Below are positions 54,114-64,000 of a stretch of 64,000 bases of DNA, piece by piece. The translations under genes were made by a program, and so were the position numbers. The notes under the pieces are model-generated. The model did no database searches, had not been told where the DNA came from, and saw only the letters and a program-made list of their open reading frames with translations. This stretch comes from an uncultured Chloroflexia bacterium (GTDB taxonomy: Bacteria > Chloroflexota > Limnocylindria > Limnocylindrales > CSP1-4), in contig CAWHDR010000001.1 of NCBI GenBank assembly GCA_963828165.1, positions 2,304,001 through 2,368,000 of the forward strand, read 5' to 3'. Position 1 is the first letter of the stretch. Every line of letters starts with the position of its first letter.

Positions 54114-54302
54114 GTGAAGCGACTCCGCCGATATTTCGATGAGGTCTGGTCCGAGCTGAGGAAAGTCAGCTGGCCGACGCGCGAGCAGGTCCGCAACCTG
54201 ACCGTGCTGGTCTTTGCGATCAGCTTCGTGGTCGGGCTGTACATCACCGTCCTCGATCAGGTCTTCCAGGGGCTCCTGCGAGTCCTGACCCCGAGCGCAT
54301 GA
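54114..54302 (+). CDS. secE: Preprotein translocase subunit SecE
   Basis: [12 protein letters not shown] plus one TM helix. Confidence 0.95.
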   Translation: MKRLRRYFDEVWSELRKVSWPTREQVRNLTVLVFAISFVVGLYITVLDQVFQGLLRVLTPSA

Positions 54303-54877
54303 TGACCGACCTGACCGGAACCGAGATCAAGGCGCCCGAGAAGCGCTGGTACGTCATCCATACCTATTCGGGATACGAGAACAAGGTCAAGGCCAATCTC
54401 GAGCACCGCATCGAGTCGATGGGCATGGAGGACAAGATCTTCCAGGTCCTCGTTCCGATGGAGGATGAGATCGAGATCCGCCAGGGCCAGCGCCACACGG
54501 TCCAGAAGAAGGTCTACCCGGGCTACGTGCTCGTGGAGATGATCCTGGACCCCGACAGCTGGTTCGTGGTCCGCAACACGCCGGGCGTCACCAGTTTCGT
54601 CGGTGGCGCGAACATCCCAGGCGTCCGCAGCGAGCCGATCCCGCTCGACGAGACGGAGGTCAAGCAGATCCTGCGGCACATGGGCGTCGAGACGCCCAAG
54701 TACCGTGTCGCATTCACCAAGGGCCAGAGCGTCCGGGTCACCGACGGGCCGTTCGCCGAGTTCATCGGTACGGTCGAGGAGATCAACCCCGAGCGCAACA
54801 AGGTCAAGGTCCTGGTGAGCATCTTCGGCCGCGAGACCCCGGTCGAGCTCGACTTCCTGCAGGTCGAGAAGCTCTAA
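54299..54877 (+). CDS. nusG: Transcription factor NusG
   Basis: [25 protein letters not shown] domain, [10 protein letters not shown]. Confidence 0.97.
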   Translation: MMTDLTGTEIKAPEKRWYVIHTYSGYENKVKANLEHRIESMGMEDKIFQVLVPMEDEIEIRQGQRHTVQKKVYPGYVLVEMILDPDSWFVVRNTPGVTSFVGGANIPGVRSEPIPLDETEVKQILRHMGVETPKYRVAFTKGQSVRVTDGPFAEFIGTVEEINPERNKVKVLVSIFGRETPVELDFLQVEKL

Positions 54878-54914
54878 GGCTCTCGCAGCCGCTCAGAAAG
54901 GCACCGAACCACCC

Positions 54915-55340
54915 GTGGCAAAGAAGATCCGCATCGTCCTGACCCTGCAGCTCCCGGCCGGCAAGGCGACTCCCGCCCCGCCCGTTGGGACCGCGCTCGG
55001 TCCGCACGGCATCAACATCGTCGAATTCACGAAGTCCTACAACGAGAAGACCGCCGACAAGACGGGCCAGATCATCCCGGCCCAGATCACGATCTTCGAG
55101 GATCGCTCGTTCTCGTTCATCCTCAAGACCCCGCCCGCGGCCGACCTGCTGCGCAAGGCGGCCGGTGTCGAGAAGGGCTCGCAGACCCCGAAGCGCGAAG
55201 GCGTCGGTCGCGTGACGCGGGACCAGCTTCGCGAGATCGCCACCATCAAGATGTCCGACCTCAACGCCAACGACCTCGAGGCCGCGGCCAGGCAGATCGA
55301 AGGTACCGCCCGCTCCATGGGCATCGAGGTCGTCGGCTAG
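54915..55340 (+). CDS. rplK: 50S ribosomal protein L11
   Basis: [26 protein letters not shown]. Confidence 0.98.
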   Translation: MAKKIRIVLTLQLPAGKATPAPPVGTALGPHGINIVEFTKSYNEKTADKTGQIIPAQITIFEDRSFSFILKTPPAADLLRKAAGVEKGSQTPKREGVGRVTRDQLREIATIKMSDLNANDLEAAARQIEGTARSMGIEVVG

Positions 55341-55434
55341 CCCTCGCCCTCACAACGTCGCGGCTGCACCCCGGGCCGCGGACACGGGATCGACGGGGGA
55401 GGTCGGTCCAGCCGACCGATAAGGAGAACGACAC

Positions 55435-56142
55435 ATGCCCAAGCACGGCAAGAAATACCAGGAAGTCTCCAAGCTCGTGGACCGCGAGCAGGTCTACACC
55501 CCCGAAGAGGCCGCCGAGCTCGCGAGGCAGACGACGACCGTCTCGTTCGATGCGACGATCGAGGCGCATCTCCGGTTGGGTGTCGATCCGCGCCACGCCG
55601 ACCAGATGGTGCGCGGGACCGTCGTCCTGCCGCACGGCACGGGCAAGGTGGTCCGCGTCGCCGTATTCGCCCAGGGTGAGAAGGCGCAGGAGGCGCTCCG
55701 GGCCGGCGCCGACGAGGTCGGTGGCGACGACCTGGTCAAGAAGATCGAGGCCGGCTGGCTCGAGTTCGACGTCGCCCTCGCGACGCCCGACTCGATGGGC
55801 ATGGTCGGCAAGCTCGGCAAGATCCTCGGCCGCCGTGGGCTGATGCCCAACCCCAAGGCTGGGACCATCACGTTCGATCTGGACCGTGCCGTCCGCGAGG
55901 TCAAGGGCGGCCGAGTCGAGTTCAAGGTCGACAAGTCGGCGATCATCCACGTCGCCTTCGGCAAGAGCAGCTTCGAAGCGACGGCGCTGGTCGAGAACCT
56001 CGCCGCCCTCGTCGACGCGATCAACCGCGCCAAGCCGACCGGAGTGAAGGGCCAGTACCTGCGCTCGCTGTCGATCGCGAGCACGATGGGGCCTGGCATC
56101 AAGGTCGACGTGCCGGCCACGCTCGCGGCCGCAGTCGCCTAG
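55435..56142 (+). CDS. rplA: 50S ribosomal protein L1
   Basis: [31 protein letters not shown]. Confidence 0.98.
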   Translation: MPKHGKKYQEVSKLVDREQVYTPEEAAELARQTTTVSFDATIEAHLRLGVDPRHADQMVRGTVVLPHGTGKVVRVAVFAQGEKAQEALRAGADEVGGDDLVKKIEAGWLEFDVALATPDSMGMVGKLGKILGRRGLMPNPKAGTITFDLDRAVREVKGGRVEFKVDKSAIIHVAFGKSSFEATALVENLAALVDAINRAKPTGVKGQYLRSLSIASTMGPGIKVDVPATLAAAVA

Positions 56143-56217
56143 ACTGCCCCTTCGCCGGCGGGTCGCCGGCACTGACGCGATGACGGCCGAGAGGCGCGTC
56201 ATCTGACAAGACAGACG

Positions 56218-56430
56218 GACCGCCGCAGACAGCCTGCGCCCTACCGCCGCCGCCGACCGCGAGGTCGATGACGGACCGGGCTTGATCCGTCGAACGGACC
56301 GGACACTCCGCCCGAGAGGGCAGGGACGCCGGGGACGACGACGAGCACGCCGAGGCAGTCGGTGCCTCCACCTTCGCGGGTGGGCGCGCCCCTGCGAGCC
56401 GGGGTCATGCCTCCTTCGGGAGGCAGCCAT
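56218..56430 (+). promoter_or_regulatory. Probable L10 leader (autogenous regulatory RNA)
   Basis: CCGCAGACAGC...GCCGAGG elements resembling the L10-leader kink-turn; TGCCTCC-TTCG-GGAGGCA hairpin; upstream of rplJ. Confidence 0.5.
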
Positions 56431-56512
56431 GGGATCCGTCGCAGGGGAGTCCGGTCCAAGGCCGGTCAGCCCACCGCCGCACGCCGGTCCGCGTGCCGTA
56501 GTCGGAGGCACT

Positions 56513-57046
56513 ATGCCGACAGAGGCCAAACGGGCGACCGTGGCCGAGCTGCGCGAGGAACTCGCGAACGCCCGGACGATGATCGTGTCCGAATACCGCG
56601 GCCTCAGCGTGAAGGAGATCGCCGAGATCCGGCGCGCTCTGACCAAGAGCGACGTCCGCTATCGCGTGATCAAGAACCGACTGCTGCGCATCGCCGCCGA
56701 GGACTCGGTCGGCGAGGCGCTCAGCCCCCTCCTCACCGGTCCGACCGCGATCGCCTTCGGGGCCGACGAGGCCGGTACGGCGAGAGCCGTCCTGGACGCG
56801 ACCCGTCCGTACAACAAGATCGTGCGGATCAAGGGCGCTGTCCTGGGCGACAAGGCGATCGACGCCGACGCCGTCACCCGCCTGGCGGCCCTGCCGTCAC
56901 GCGACGTCCTCCTGGCCAAGCTGGCCGGCGGGATGCAGGCGCCAGTGGCGACCCTGGCGGGTCTGTTCTCCGCGCCGCTGCGCAACCTGGGCTATGCCCT
57001 GGCGCAGGTCGCCGAGCAGAAGCAGAACCAGGCGCCCGAGGCGTGA
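56513..57046 (+). CDS. rplJ: 50S ribosomal protein L10
   Basis: EYRGLSV, VIKNRL, LTGPTAIAF, LAALPSR; GGAGG SD. Confidence 0.95.
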   Translation: MPTEAKRATVAELREELANARTMIVSEYRGLSVKEIAEIRRALTKSDVRYRVIKNRLLRIAAEDSVGEALSPLLTGPTAIAFGADEAGTARAVLDATRPYNKIVRIKGAVLGDKAIDADAVTRLAALPSRDVLLAKLAGGMQAPVATLAGLFSAPLRNLGYALAQVAEQKQNQAPEA

Positions 57047-57088
57047 CGACCACCTTCACCTTCCACGACATTCGATAAGGAGACATCC

Positions 57089-57484
57089 ATGGCTGTACTC
57101 ACCCAGGACGACCTGCTTGAGGCGATCGACAAGATGACCGTTCTCGAGCTGTCCGAGTTCATCAAGCGTTTCGAGGATCGCTACGGCGTGACCGCCGCAG
57201 CCCCTGCCGCTGTCGCGGCCGCCCCGTCCGGCGGTGGTGACGGCGCCGCCGCGCCCGCCGCGCCCGAAGAGCAGTCCGAGTTCAGTGCCGTCCTTACCGA
57301 GGTCGGTCCCAACAAGATCCCGGTGATCAAGGTCGTTCGCGAGCTGACCGGCCTGGGCCTCAAGGAGGCCAAGGACCTCGTCGACGCATCGCCCAAGCCC
57401 GTCAAGGAAGGCGTGGCGAAGGACGAAGCCGACAAGATCAAGGCCGCCCTCGAGGAAGTCGGGGCAAAGGTCGAGATCAAGTAG
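57089..57484 (+). CDS. rplL: 50S ribosomal protein L7/L12
   Basis: [26 protein letters not shown]. Confidence 0.98.
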   Translation: MAVLTQDDLLEAIDKMTVLELSEFIKRFEDRYGVTAAAPAAVAAAPSGGGDGAAAPAAPEEQSEFSAVLTEVGPNKIPVIKVVRELTGLGLKEAKDLVDASPKPVKEGVAKDEADKIKAALEEVGAKVEIK

Positions 57485-57595
57485 CTCGGCCGCCTCTTCG
57501 GCCGGGGCTGGGGCGGCGCATCCGTGCGTTGCCCCGCTCCGCCGGGTAGACCGTCAATCGACAGGGCGTTCGGGCCCTACCACTTTCAGGAGCGT

Positions 57596-57623
57596 TTGAC
57601 AAGATAGAAATTCGCGGTATCCT
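57596..57623 (+). promoter_or_regulatory. Promoter of rpoBC
   Basis: TTGACA-N16-TATCCT in an AT-rich patch. Confidence 0.7.
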
Positions 57624-57684
57624 ACTCCTTCTGTGAGCGCGGCCCCCCTTTTCCCTCTTAACCTCCGTCAAGGAGTGGTGCTTC

Positions 57685-61161
<3,477 letters not shown>

Positions 61162-61275
61162 TCGTCATCAGCACCACCCCACGTTTCCCACGGGGTCGCG
61201 TCCCGGCCGGCACGCCCCCGTTCGCCTTCGCGCCGCATCGCAACGTCGTGCCAGCCGACGCTGCGGAGGAGAACC

Positions 61276-64000
<2,725 letters not shown>

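Overview
High-GC bacterial core-genome window. The 16S sequence and gene content point to Chloroflexota, possibly Limnocylindria/Ellin6529 (inference, not searched). In order it holds: the 3' part of an Ig-repeat surface protein; a Trp T-box-controlled trp operon with a TrpC-TrpF-TrpB triple fusion and an MmcQ/YjbR gene between trpB and trpA; orphan tadE/tadG; and a complete shikimate operon on the minus strand, headed by an 11-aa Tyr/Phe-rich leader peptide (MDRYFYFRCPA) and a terminator. Next come a ferritin remnant, tRNA-Ser x3, tRNA-Arg with a GCG anticodon, a positional TadA orthologue lacking its catalytic Glu, large SRP RNA-dnaX-ybaB-recR and one full rRNA operon. The window ends with rpsA carrying very long acidic tails and the clpC-radA-yacL-ispDF-cysS-rlmB-tRNAs-tuf-rpmG-secE-nusG-rplKAJL-rpoB-rpoC block. 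No mobile element or CRISPR array was seen. Best leads: (1) the YFYF attenuator of the aro operon, (2) the catalytically dead TadA together with tRNA-Arg(GCG), (3) the TrpCFB fusion, (4) a ~180-nt rod-like RNA candidate upstream of rrn, and (5) long disordered tails on S1 and RlmB. All calls come from reading motifs by eye. No database search or RNA folding was run, and RNA ends and some start codons are approximate.
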